From Mustelus asterias (Eukaryota): a stretch of DNA of 64,000 nt. Both the position numbers and the translations under genes were made by a program. This document shows, in pieces, positions 33,950 through 45,749 of this stretch; position 1 is the stretch's first letter, and each line of letters begins with the position of its first letter. The notes under the pieces are model-generated. The model was not told the origin of the DNA. It saw only the letters and a program-made list of their open reading frames with translations, and did no database searches. The stretch is taken from positions 744,001-808,000 of the forward strand of contig NW_027590144.1 of the NCBI RefSeq assembly GCF_964213995.1, written 5' to 3'.

Positions 33950-35741
33950 GCTTGGCTAAAAGGATGAGATGTGAAGGAATAGGTCCTATTAAAGATGAAG
34001 ACGGGAGAGTCTGTACGGAACGAATAGAAATGGAAGAGAGGCTTAATGAGTATTTTGCCTCGGTTTTCACAGAGGAAAAGGACCTGGGTGGATGTAGTGC
34101 TGGCTTGCGGTGGACTGAAAAGGTTGAGTGTGTGGACTTTAAGAAAGAGGTTGTGTTGGAATCTTTGAATGGCATCAAGATAGAGAAGTCGCCGGGTCCG
34201 GATGGGATGTACCCCAGGTTACTGTGGGAGGCAAGGGAAGAGATTGCAGAGCCTCTGGCGATGATCTTTGCGTCGTCGATGGAGACGGGAGAGGTGCCAG
34301 AGGATTGGAGAATTGCGGATGTGGTTCCTATTTTCAAGAAGGGGAATAGGGATAGCCCAGGAAATTACCAACTGGTGAGTCGAACCTCAGTGGTTGGTAA
34401 GCTGATTGGGAAGATCCTGAGGGACAGGATTTATGAGCATTTAGAGAGGTTTGGTCTGCTCAAGAATATTCAGCACAGCTTTGTCAAAGGCAGATCGTGC
34501 CTTTAGAGTCTGGTGGAGTTCCTCGAAAATGTGACTAAACACATTGACGAGGGGAAAGCGGTAGATGTGGTTTATATAGATTTTAGCAAGGCGTTTGAGA
34601 AGGTCCCCCATGCAAGGCTTCTAGAAAAAGTGAGAGGGCATGGGATCCAAGGTGCTGCTGCCCTGTGGATCCAGAACTGGCTTTCCCAAAGGAGGCAGAG
34701 AGTGTGTATAGATGGGTCTTTTTCTAAATGGAGGTCGGTCACCAGTGGTATGCCCCAGGGATCTGTTCTGGGACCCTTGCTGTTTGTCATTTTCATAAAT
34801 GACCTGGATGAAGAAGTGGAGGGATGGGTTGGTAAGTTTGCTGACAACCCGATGGTTGGTGGGGTTGTGGATAGTCTGGAGGGATGTCAGAAGTTACAGA
34901 GGGACATAGATAGGATGCAAGACTGGGCGGAGAAGTGGCAGATGGACTTCAACCCAGATAAATGCGTAGTGGTCCATTTTAGCAGGTCAAATGGGATGAA
35001 GGAGTACAATATTAAGGGAAAGACTCCAAGTACTATAGAGGATCAGAAGGACCTTGGGGTCCGGGCCCATAGGACTCTGAAATCGGCCCTGCAGGTGGAG
35101 GAGGTGGTTCAGAAGGCGTATGGTGTGCTGGCCTTGATCAAGCGAGGGATTGAATTTAGGAGTCCTGGGATAATGATGCAGCTATATAAGACTCCCGTCA
35201 GACCCCACTTGGAGTACTGTGCTCAGTTCTGGTCGCCTCATTACAGGAAGGATGTGGAAATGATTGAAAGGGTGCAGAGGAGATTTTCAAGGATGTTGCC
35301 TGGTTTGAGTGGCATGCCTTATGAGGATAGGCTGAGGGAGCTCGGTCTTTTCTCCTTGGAGAGACGTAGGATGAGAGGAGACCTCATCGAGGTATATAAG
35401 ATGTTGAGAGGCATAGATCGGGTGGACTCTCAGAAGCTTTTTCCCAGGGTGGAAATGGCTGCGACAAGAGGACACAGGTTTAAGGTGCTGGGGGATAGGT
35501 AGAGGGGAAATGTTCGGGGGCCGTTTTTCACACAGAGGGTGGTGGGCGAGTGGAATCGGCTGCTGTCAGTGGTGGTGGAGGCAACTCAATAGGGACTTTT
35601 AAGAGACTCCCGGATGAGTAGATGGGACTTAATAGGATGGAGGGTTATAGGTAGGCCTGGAAGGTAGGGATATGTTCGGCACAACTTGTGGGGCCGAAGG
35701 GCCTGTTTGTGCTGTAGTTTTTCTATGTTTCTATGTTTCTA
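33950..35741 (+). mobile_element. CR1 LINE fragment inside the satellite
   Basis: ORFs 33952-34506 and 34513-35502 (KSPGPDG, RT motifs); (tttctatg)n tail. Confidence 0.96.
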
Positions 35742-36155
35742 AATGTGCTGATTTGATTAGTGCGGTCAGTATGTCAGGGTACAGGGATTTGCCCTGGGTA
35801 AAGGTGCTCTGTTGATTAATGGGGTCAATAAGTCAGGGCACAGTGATCGGGCCTGGGGAAAGGTGCTCAGTTTATTCGTGGGATCAGGATGTCAAGGGAG
35901 AGGGGTAGGGCCTGAGGAAATGTGCTCTGTTGAATACTGTGTTTTGTATGTCAGGGTTCAGGGATAGGGCCTGGGGAAAGGTGCTCCGTTTGTTACTGGG
36001 GTCAGTGTATAGGGTATAGGGATAGGGCCTGGGGAAAGGTGCTCTGTTGATTCGTGGGGTCAGTATGTCAGGGTACAGGGATAGGGCCTGGGTAAAGGTG
36101 CTCTGTTGATTAATGGGGTCAGCATGTCAGGGTACAGGGATAGGGCGTGGGTAAA

Positions 36156-36495
36156 GGCACGGTAGCACAGTGGTTAGCACTGCTGCTTCACAGCTCCAGG
36201 GTCCCGGGTTCGATTCCCGGCTCGGGTCACTGTCTGTGTGGAGTTTGCACATTCTCCTCGTGTCTGCGTGGGTTTCCTCCGGGTGCTCCGGTTTCCTCCC
36301 ACAGTCCAAAGATGTGCGGGTTAGGTTGATTGGCCAGGTTAAAAAAATTGCCCCTTAGAGTCCTGGGATGCGTAGGTTAGAGGAAATGGCGGGTAAAATA
36401 TGTGGGGGTAGGGCCTGGGTGGGATTGTGGTCGGTGCAGACTCGATGGGCCGAATGGCCTCCTTCTGCACTGTAGGGTTTCTATGATTTCTATGA
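36156..36495 (+). mobile_element. HE1-type SINE, young, inside the satellite
   Basis: Intact A/B boxes, core and tail. Confidence 0.96.
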
Positions 36496-37744
36496 AAGGC
36501 GCTCTGTTTATTCATGGTGTCAGTATGTCAGGGGCAGTGATAAGGCCTGCGGAAAGGTGCTCTTTGGATTTGTGGTGTCAGTATGTCACGTACAGGGAAA
36601 GGACCTGGGTAAAGGTGCTCTGTTGATTAGTTGGGTCATTATGTCAGAGGACAGGACTGGGGCCTGGGGAATGTTGCTCTGATTAGTGGGGTCAGTATGT
36701 CAGGGTATAAGGACAGGGCCTGGGGAAAGGTGCTGTGTTGATTCATGCAGTCAGTATGTCAGGGTACTGGGATCGGGCCTGGGAAAGGTGCTCTGTTGAT
36801 TAAAGGGGTCAGTATGTCAGGGCACAGCGATAGTGCCTGGGGAAAGGTGCTCAGATTATTTGTGGGGTCAGTATGTTAGGGGAGAGGGGGAGGGCCTGGG
36901 GAATGGTTCTCTGTTGAATACTGTCTTTAGCATGTCAGGGTACAGGGATAGGGCCTAGGTAAAAGTGCCCTGTTGATTAGTGTGGTCAGTCTGTCAGGTT
37001 CCAGGGATCGGGCGTGGGGAATGTTGCTCTGATTAGTGGGGTCAGTATGCCAGGGTCTAGGAATAGGGAGTGGGTAATGGTGCTCTGTTGATTAGTGGTG
37101 TCAGTACGTGAGGGGACAGGGATAGGGCCTGTGTAAAGGGGCTCTCTCGATTAGTGGGGTCAGTATGCCAGGGTACAGTGATAGGGCCTGGGGAAAGGTG
37201 GTCTGTTCATTTGTGTGGTCAGTATGTCAGGGTAGAGGGATTGGGCCTGGGTAAAGGTGCTCTGTTTATTAGTGGGGTCAGTCTGTCAGGGTAGAGGGAT
37301 AGGGCCTGAGAAAAGTTGCTCTGTTGATTAGTGAGGTCAGTATATCAGGGCACAGGGATAGGGCCTGGGTAAAGGTGGTCTGTTGATTTGTTGGGTCAGT
37401 ATATCAGGGCACAGGGATAGGGCCTGGGTAAAGGTGCTCTGTTGATTAGTGGGGTCAGTATGTCAGGGTACAGGGATAGGGCCTGGGTAAAGGTGCTCTG
37501 TTGATTTGTTGGGTCAGTATGTCAGGGTACAGGACTAGGGCCTGGGGAATGTTGCTCTGATTAGTGAGGTCAGTATGCCAGGGCAGAGGGATAGGGCCTG
37601 GGTAAATGTGCTGTGTTGATGAATGCGGTCAGTATGTCAGGGTACTTTTATCGGACCTGGGTAAAGGTGCTCTGTTGATTAAAGGGGTCAGTATGTCAGG
37701 GCACAGCGATAGGGCCTGGGGAAATTTGCTCTGTTGATTAGTGT

Positions 37745-39824
37745 AGTAAGGTAGGGGAGATCCTAAATGAATACTTTGCGTCGGTATTCACAAAGGAGAG
37801 GGATGTGTTGACTGGGAGTGTCTCGGAGGGGAGTGTTGAACCGTTGGAGAAAATCTCCATTACAAAGGAGGAAGTGTTAGGCTTGTTAGAGAATATAAAG
37901 ACTGACAAATCCCCAGGGCCTGATGGAATCTATCCAAGGCTGCTCAGGGAGACGAGAGGTGAAATCGTTGGGCCTCTGACGCAAATCTTTGTCTCGTCAC
38001 TGGACACAGGTGAGGTCCCAGAGGATTGGAGGATAGCCAATGTGGTTCCGTTATTTAAGAAGGGTAGGAAGGATAACCCGGGTAATTATAGGCCGGTGAG
38101 CCTGACATCCGTGGTGGGGATGTTGTTGGAGAAGATTCTTAAAGATAGGATGTATGCGCATTTAGAAAGGAATAAACTCATTAACGATAGTCAACATGGT
38201 TTTGTGAGAGGGAGGTCATGCCTCACTAACCTGGTGGTGTTTTTTGAAGAAGTGACCAAAATGGTTGACGAAGGAAGGGCCGTGTATGTTGTCTATATGG
38301 ACTTTAGTAAAGCGTTTGACAAAGTCCCTCATGGTAGGCTAGTGAAAAAGGTTGGATCCCATGGGATAATGGGGGAGGTGGCTAGATGGGTGGAGAACTG
38401 GCTTGGTCATAGAAGACAGAGGGTGGTAGTGGAAGGGTCTTTTTCCGGCTGGAGGCCTGTGACTAGTGGTGTACCGCAGGGCTCTGTATTGGGACCTCTG
38501 CTGTTTGTGCTTTATATAAATGATCTGGAAGAAGGAGTAACTGGGGTGATCAGTAAGTTTGCGGACGACTCAAAACTGGCAGGACTTGCAGATAGTGAGG
38601 AACATTGTCAGAGGCTACAGAAGGATACAGATAGGCTGGAAATTTGGGCAAGGAAATGGCAGATGGAGTTCAATCCTGATAAATGCGAAGTGATGCATTT
38701 TGGTGGGAATAATGTAAGGAGGAGCTACACGATAAATGGAAGAACCATAAAGGGTGTAGAGACGCAGAGGGACCTGGGTGTGCAAGTCCACAGATCTTTG
38801 AAGGTGACGTCACAGGTGGAGAAGGTGGTGAAGAAGGCATATGGCATGCTTGCCTTTATAGGACGGGGCATAGAGTATAAAAGTTAGGGTCTGATGTTGC
38901 AGATGTATAGAATGTTGGTTCGGCCGCATTTGGAATACTGCGTCCAGTTCTGGTCGCCACACTACCAGAAGGACGTGGAGGCTTTGGAGAGAGTACAGAG
39001 GAGGTTTACCAGGATGTTGCCTGGTATGGAGGGGCTTGGTTATGAGGAGAGATTGGGGAAACTGGGGTTGTTCTCCTTGGAAAGACGGAGAATGAGGGGA
39101 GACTTAATAGAGGTGTATAAAATTATTAAAGGCATAGATAGGGTGAACGGTGGGAAGCTTTTCCCCGGGTCGGTGGTGACGTTCACGAGGGGTCATAGGT
39201 TCAAGGTGAAAGGGGGGAGGTTTAACACAGATATCAGAAGGACATATTTCACACAGAGGGTCGTGGGGGCCTGGAATGTGTTGCCGGGCAAGGTGGTGGA
39301 GGCGGACACACTGGGAACGTTTAAGACTTATCTAGACAGCTATATGAACGGAGTGGGAATGGGGGGATACAAAAGAGTGGTCTAGTTTGGACCAGGGAGC
39401 GGCGCGGGCTAATTGTTCCTTGTTTCTCGTGGAAGTGGAAATGACTAGGGTTGGGAAGCATTTTCCGATCAGGGCTATTGTGATCTCCTGGACTCGTTTC
39501 GATCGCCTCAGGGGGTCGGAGAGGAATTTCCCAGATTTTTTTTTCCCCATATTGGCCCTGGGGTTTTTCACTCTGGGTTTTCGCCTCTCCCTGGAGATCA
39601 CATGGTCTGGAATGGGGGGGTGGGGGTGAGTTAATAGGTTGTAATGAACAAAGCATCATAGCTGTGGGGGACAGCTCGGTGGATAGGATATTGGTATGTA
39701 GATAGGCTGGAAAATTGGGCGGGGATCCTGGATTCAGGATTCAATCCTGGACCGGGGAGCGGCGCGGGCTTGGAGGGCCGAAGGGCCTGTTCCTGTGCTG
39801 TATTGTTCTTTGTTCTTTGTTCTT
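37745..39824 (+). mobile_element. CR1 LINE fragment inside the satellite, with an extended 3' UTR
   Basis: ORFs 37805-38887 and 38894-39385 are separated by a single stop; (tgttctt)n tail; same subfamily as 474-1208. Confidence 0.96.
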
Positions 39825-39916
39825 AGTGGGGTCAGCATGTCAGGGAACAGGGAGAGGGCATGGGTAAAGGTGCTGTGTTGTTTCGTGCAGTCAGTATGTC
39901 AGGGTACAGTATGTCA

Positions 39917-40258
39917 GGGCGGCACGGTAGCACAGTGGTTAGCACTGCTGCTTCACAGCTCCAGGGTCCCGGGTTCGATTCCCGGCTCGGGTCACTGTCT
40001 GTGTGGAGTTTGCACATTCTCCTCGTGTCTGCGTGGGTTTCCTCCGGGTGCTCCGGTTTCCTCCCACAGTCCAAAGATGTGCGGGTTAGGTTGATTGGCC
40101 AGGTTAAAAATTGCCCCTTAGAGTACTGTGATGCGTAGGTTAGTGGGATTAGCGGGTAAATATGTGGGGGTAGGGCCTGGGTGGGATTGTGGTCGGTGCA
40201 GACTCGATGGGCCGAATGGCCTCCTTCTGCACTGTAGGGTTTCTATGATTTCTATGAT
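39917..40258 (+). mobile_element. HE1-type SINE, young, inside the satellite
   Basis: Near-identical to 36156-36495. Confidence 0.96.
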
Positions 40259-43200
40259 TACAGGGGTCGAGCCTGGGTAAAGGTGCTCTGTTGATTAATG
40301 CGGTCAGTATGTCAGGGCACAGCGATAGGGCCTGGGGAAATTTGCTCTGTTGATTAGTGGGGTCAGCATGTCAGGGAACAGGGAGAGGGCATGGGTAAAG
40401 GTGCTCTTTTGATTAGTGGGGTCAGTATGTCAGGGGACAAGATAGGGCCTGGGTAAAGGTGCTGTGTTGTTTAGTGCAGTCAGTATGTCAGGGTACAGGG
40501 GTCGAGCCTGGGTAAAGGAGCTCTGTTGATTAGGGGGGTCAGTATGTCAGGGCGCAGCGATAGGGCCTGAGGAAAGGTGCTCAGTTCATTCGTGGGGTTA
40601 GGATGTTAGGGGAGAGGGGTAGGGCCTGAGGAAATGTGCTCTGTTGAATACTGTATTGAGTATGTCAGGGTTCAGGGCTAGGGCCTGGGGAAAGGTGCTC
40701 CGCTTATTAATGGGGTCAATGTATCACGGTACAGGGATAGGGCCTGGGGAAAGGTGCTCTGTTTATTAGTGGGGTCAGTATGTCAGGGTACAGGGATAGG
40801 GCCAGGGTCAAGGTGCTCTGTTGAATTGTGAGGTCAGTATGTCAGGGGACAGGACTATGGCCTGGGAAAAGATGCTCTGTTTAATGGGGTCAGTATGTTA
40901 GGGTGCAGGGAAAGGGCCTGGGTAAAGGTGCTCTGTTGATTAGTGGGGTCAGCATGTCAAGGTAAAGGGATAGTGCGTGGGTAAAGGTTCTCTGTTGACT
41001 AGTGGTTTTCAGCATGTCAGGGTACAGGGATAGGGCCTGGGGAAAGGTGTTCTGTTGATTACTGGTGTCAGTATGTCAGGGTACATTGATCGGGCCTGGG
41101 GAAAATTGGTCTGTTCATTTGTATGGTCAGTGTGTCAGGGTATAGGAATTGGGTCTGGGTAAAGGTGCTCTGTTGATTAGTGGGGTCAGTCTGTCAGGGT
41201 AGAAAGATAAGGCCTGAGGAAAGGTACTCTGCTGATGGGTGGTGTCAGTATGTCAGGGTACTTGTATCGGGCCTGGGGAAAGGTGCTCTGTTGATTAAAG
41301 GAGTCAGTATATCAGGGTACAGGGATAGGACCTGGGTCAAGGTGCTCTTTTGATTAGTGAGGTCAGTATGTCAGGGGACAAGGATAGGGCCTGGGGAATG
41401 TTGCTCTGTTGATTAGTGTGGTTAGTATGTCAGGGGAGAGGGGTAGGTCCTGAGGAAAGGCGCTCTGTTGAATACTGTGTAGAGTATGTCAGGGTTCAGG
41501 GATAGGGCCTGGGGAAAGGTGCTCCGTTTATTACTGGGATCAGTGTATCAGGGTACAGGGATAGGGCCTGGGGAAAGCTGCTCCATTTATTAGTGGGGTC
41601 AGTATGTCAGGGGACAAGGATAAGGCCTGGGGAAAGGTTCTCTGTGTCCAGGGATCGGGCCTGGGGAATGTTGCTCCGATTCTTGGGGTCAGTATGTCAG
41701 GGTACAGGGATAGGGACTGGGTAAATGTGCTCTGATTACTGGGGTCAATATGTCAGAGTCTAGGGATAGGGCATGGGTAAACGTGTTCTGTTGATGAGTG
41801 GGGTCAGTACGTGAGGGGACAGGGATAGGGCCTGGGTAAAGGTAGTCTGTTCATTTGCGTGGTCAGTATGTCAGGGTATAGGGATGCGGTCTGGGTAAAG
41901 GTGTTCTGTTTATTCGTGGGGTCAGTCTGTCAGGGTAGAAGGATAGGGCCTATGTAAAGGTACTCTGCTGATGGGTGGTGTCAGTATGTCAGGGGACAAG
42001 GATAGGGCCTGGGGAAAGGTGCTCAGTTTATTAGTGGGAACAGTATGTCAGGGGAGAGGGATAGGGTCTGAGGAAAGGTGCTCTGTTGAATACTGTGTTT
42101 AGTATGTCAGGGTTCAGGGATTGGGCATGGGTAATGGTTCTCTGTTGATTAGTGGGGTCAGTATGTCACGGGACAAGGATAAGGCCTGGGGAAAGTTGCT
42201 TTGTTGATTTGTGGGGTCAGTACGTCAGGGTACAGGGATAGGGCCTGGGAAAAAGGTGCTCGGTTGATTTGGGGGGTCAGTATGTCAGGGTACAGGGATT
42301 GGGCGTGGGTAAAGATGCTCTGACTTTGTGGTCAGTTTGTCAGGATCTAGGGACAGGGCGTTGGTAAAGGTGTTCTGTTGATTAGTGGGGTCAGTATGTC
42401 AGGCTAAAGGGATAGGGCCTGGGGAAAGATGCTCAGTTGATTCGTGGGGTCAGTATGCCAGCGTACAGTGATAGGGCCTGGGTAAAGGTGCTCTGTTTAT
42501 TAGTGGGGTCAGTCTGTCAGGGTGGAGGGACAGGACCTCGGAAAAGGTGCTCTGTTCATTAGTGAGGTCAGTATGTCAGGGGACAGGGATCGGGCCTGGG
42601 GAAAGGTACTCTGTTGGCCAGTGGGGTCATTATGTCAGGGTACAGGAATAGGGCTGGGAAAAGATGCTCTGATTAGTGGGGTCAGTATGTCAGGGTACAG
42701 GGATGGGGCCTAGGTTAATGTGCTCTGTTGATGAGTGGGTTCTGGAGTCAGTATGTCAGGGGATTAGTGGGATCTGGAGCGAAAGTGATCTGAAATGATG
42801 CAACAGAAACAGAGAGGGTGACCAGCGAAATAAAAACCCCTGATATTATCTATTGTGGAAGTCACATTGTCGGGATTCGACGCCACGGAGTGAATAACTT
42901 CTTATCTAATTCTTCATTAAATCAAAATACGCCTCACAGTGTCTGTTCAGGGAGAAACAACGTTGATCTTTCAGCTGGTTGAACTTGTTTCAGACTGGAA
43001 AAGTCACAGATGAAACATCAGCAATGAACTCTGAAGAAGAATCACATGGCAGACACACGGCAGACATTTATCACAAAAGGAGCTGACACATGTCTAATTC
43101 TGCCTCTTTCTAGTCCTTCTCCATTCAGACATTTCCACATCCGTCAGATGCGACTCACCTGAAAATGCAGCCTGTTCCTAGTTCCGCTGATGATGATACA

Positions 43201-43361
43201 GTAACTCCGTGCTGAACCCAGCAATTGGCTCCATAGCTCAGTGGGTAGAGGAGATTGGGTGTAATGTTGGAAAGTGACAAGATGTTCTCTTGTTCGTAAA
43301 TGAGGAAAGAGCAAAGCATGTTTGAAAATGTGAGCTGATTTATCAGTGATGATGTTCAAAA

Positions 43362-43797
43362 TGACTTGGGTGCTTTTATAAAAGGAACGCGGGACATTAG
43401 CGTGCAGGTGCAGCCGATAATTAGAAAGGCAAATGGAAGTTTGGTCTTTCATGCAAGCAGATTGGAATACAGGAATAAGAACAAAACTTGCTCCAGTTTT
43501 ATGTGGTTTCACTGGGACCACATGTGGCACAGTGTGTGCAATGTTGATATCCACATTTAAAAAAGAATATCATTGCACTGGAACCGGTGCACTAAAGGTT
43601 CACCAGGTTCGTCTCTGGGATGAGAGAGTTCTCCTGGGATGAGAGAGTTCTCCTGGGATGAGAGGCTGTGTAAATTGCGCTGAAATTACCTGAAGCTAAA
43701 AAAAAGTGAGAGGATATCTCATTGAATCCTGCTGAATACCGAGACATTGTTTGCACTGGTCGGGAAATCTAAAACACGGGGGCCCAGTCTCAAGATG
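43362..43797 (+). mobile_element. Old CR1 fragment
   Basis: VQVQPIIRKANGSLVF..LEYRNK; aaggttcaccagg; internal 19-nt duplication ctgggatgagagagttctc. Confidence 0.7.
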
Positions 43798-44055
43798 AGC
43801 ACGCCTCGGCGAACTGACACAAGAGCACTGACAGACATGACTCTTATTAGATTCTAATTCTTAACTTTCATAACATATTTGAAATAAATATATTGATGCA
43901 TGTATTATGTATGGAATTAATATTTATTACATAAAAAATGTTGGTGACACCGGTTAACAGTAGAGACCACAACACTTGAGAAATATTTTTCGTTTTGCCC
44001 AAGGTCCCAGGCACTCTGTGACAATGAGTGCTGATGGGGAAAAAATAGAAAACTC

Positions 44056-44130
44056 TGTCAGGGGATTGGTGTGGAACCACCAACCTATCTGTTAATAGTC
44101 GAATGCGCTGACCAATTGCGCTGAACAGAC
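44056..44130 (-). pseudogene. tRNA-Asn pseudogene
   Basis: Reverse complement GTCTGTTCAGCGCAATTGGTCAGCGCATTCGACTATTAACAGATAGGTTGGTGGTTCCACACCAATCCCCTGACA. Confidence 0.68.
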
Positions 44131-45678
44131 TGGCATAAACTGAGCTGACACTATATTAGAGTGTCAGCGAGTGCTGGATGTAATCTAAAGTAATTTTATT
44201 TTGTATAAAACCAAATCCAGAACTTTAGCATTACCACACCATTTACAATTCTATTCAGTCAATTTGACTATTTCATCCACACAGTGTTGCTGTGAGTTAG
44301 TGGTTTCCCCGTTCTCCTAACATGGGAAAGGACCGTTTGAAATGGCCGACAGGGAGAAACTGTTTCCACTGAATGGGATCAGTAGCCAGAGGACTGGCAC
44401 TGAAGATTCTCAAAGGCAGACTTGCATTTATATAGCGCCATTCCCGATTATTGGACGCCAAACGCGCTCATCAGCCAATGATAGGCAGTTATAATTGAAA
44501 ATGAAAACTTGCCAACCAAACATTGAAGATGGCACTGATTTATCTGCAGTCAAATGCTCAACCACTGAGTTGTACCCCTCAGTTATCAGTTAAGGCTCCG
44601 GATCCAGCATGATACTGTTTTCTGAGTGAAGTGCAAGAGTTTAGTGTTTAATTCAGCGAGACATTTTCTTTTAATTTGACCAAAATTTGGATCCAGATCT
44701 TGGAGATATCTGTGTCAGTGGAAATAATAAAATCTACCCTATTGCCACCCAGATTTCATCTTGTGTCATAATCTTTACCATCAGCTCTTTGCAGCCTATT
44801 GCTCAACCTCACTATCTGTGTTTGTTCTTGGCCTGTTGTTCATGCGACATTTCCAATACGGACACAAATCTAGAAAACTCATTCCACTGATTGTGACAGA
44901 GCTGTTTTCGATCAGGTTTGTTAAACGGATTCTCAAAAAGATTAAATCTTAGTATATCGAAGCCGTGACTCTGAGAAGTCAGAATTCTAACCACTTGACC
45001 ATCAGAATCTCATCTTCCTTATTCTTCCAGATATTCATTAGAGGAATGTGCACAGTGTCAATTACCCACAGTGACAATCTCATTTCAGTCCTATGCACGC
45101 TATTAAGCTTTAAAATTATTGATATTTCCACATGAGCTTCCAGCGTGACGAACGCAGAGCTGTGATCAGCTGATGTTGTTCAACAAATTTACAGCAGTAA
45201 GGTTTATAACAGGTCGATGCTAACATTGTTCTTTGAATGTAGTGAGTTATAGTGAAATTTAATGCAGGAGAAGGTAGCTTACTCATATTGACAGGAGAAA
45301 CCAGCCGGGCAATGCAAATGTGAATTGCTGTGGGCAATGGAGGGGATTGTCGAATGGGTCTGGTTATTCTCCCTGCTGTTTAAACTGGCACAAGTACCAG
45401 TACCGTTGGAGGAAATAATTTCAGCTTCTCTTAATTCCAGCGCTGCACGAGAGCAAAAAACGATCATTACCTGACAGGGAATCGATCCCTCGTCAACCTG
45501 CGATAAATATTTCACCTCAGTGTCGATTTCATGTTGCAGCTGAGACCAATCAGTGCTCTCCTTAGCTGAAGGAGGGTTGGTGTTCCAGCTCAACATGGCA
45601 TTTTGTCCGACAAACATGTCTTAGGTACTTTAAACATGTTGACGTTGATAGATGAGGTTGGAATCCTTGCAAGTATCT

Positions 45679-45749
45679 TCCTTGGTAGTCCAGTGGTTCG
45701 GTTTTAGCGCCTTTACCGCCGCAGCCCGGGTTCTTTTCCAATCAGCGAA
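45679..45749 (+). pseudogene. tRNA-Glu pseudogene
   Basis: TCCTTGGTAGTCCAGTGGTTCGGTTTTAGCGCCTTTACCGCCGCAGCCCGGGTTCTTTTCCAATCAGCGAA. Confidence 0.68.

Larger units (their letters stand above)
29556..42772 (+). repeat. 59-bp G-rich satellite array (~145-150 monomers after subtracting insertions)
   Basis: Consensus gattagtggggtcagtatgtcagggtacagggatagggcctgggtaaaggtgctctgtt; period 59 (e.g. 37441 to 37500), with 56-bp variants. Confidence 0.97.

Noticed and set aside
29556-42772. CRISPR-like array
   Set aside because: Contiguous tandem monomers without unique spacers in a vertebrate genome.
43228-43300. Possible tRNA-Tyr remnant (atagctcagtgggtagag...tgta)
   Set aside because: Only the A-box half is recognisable; too decayed to call.
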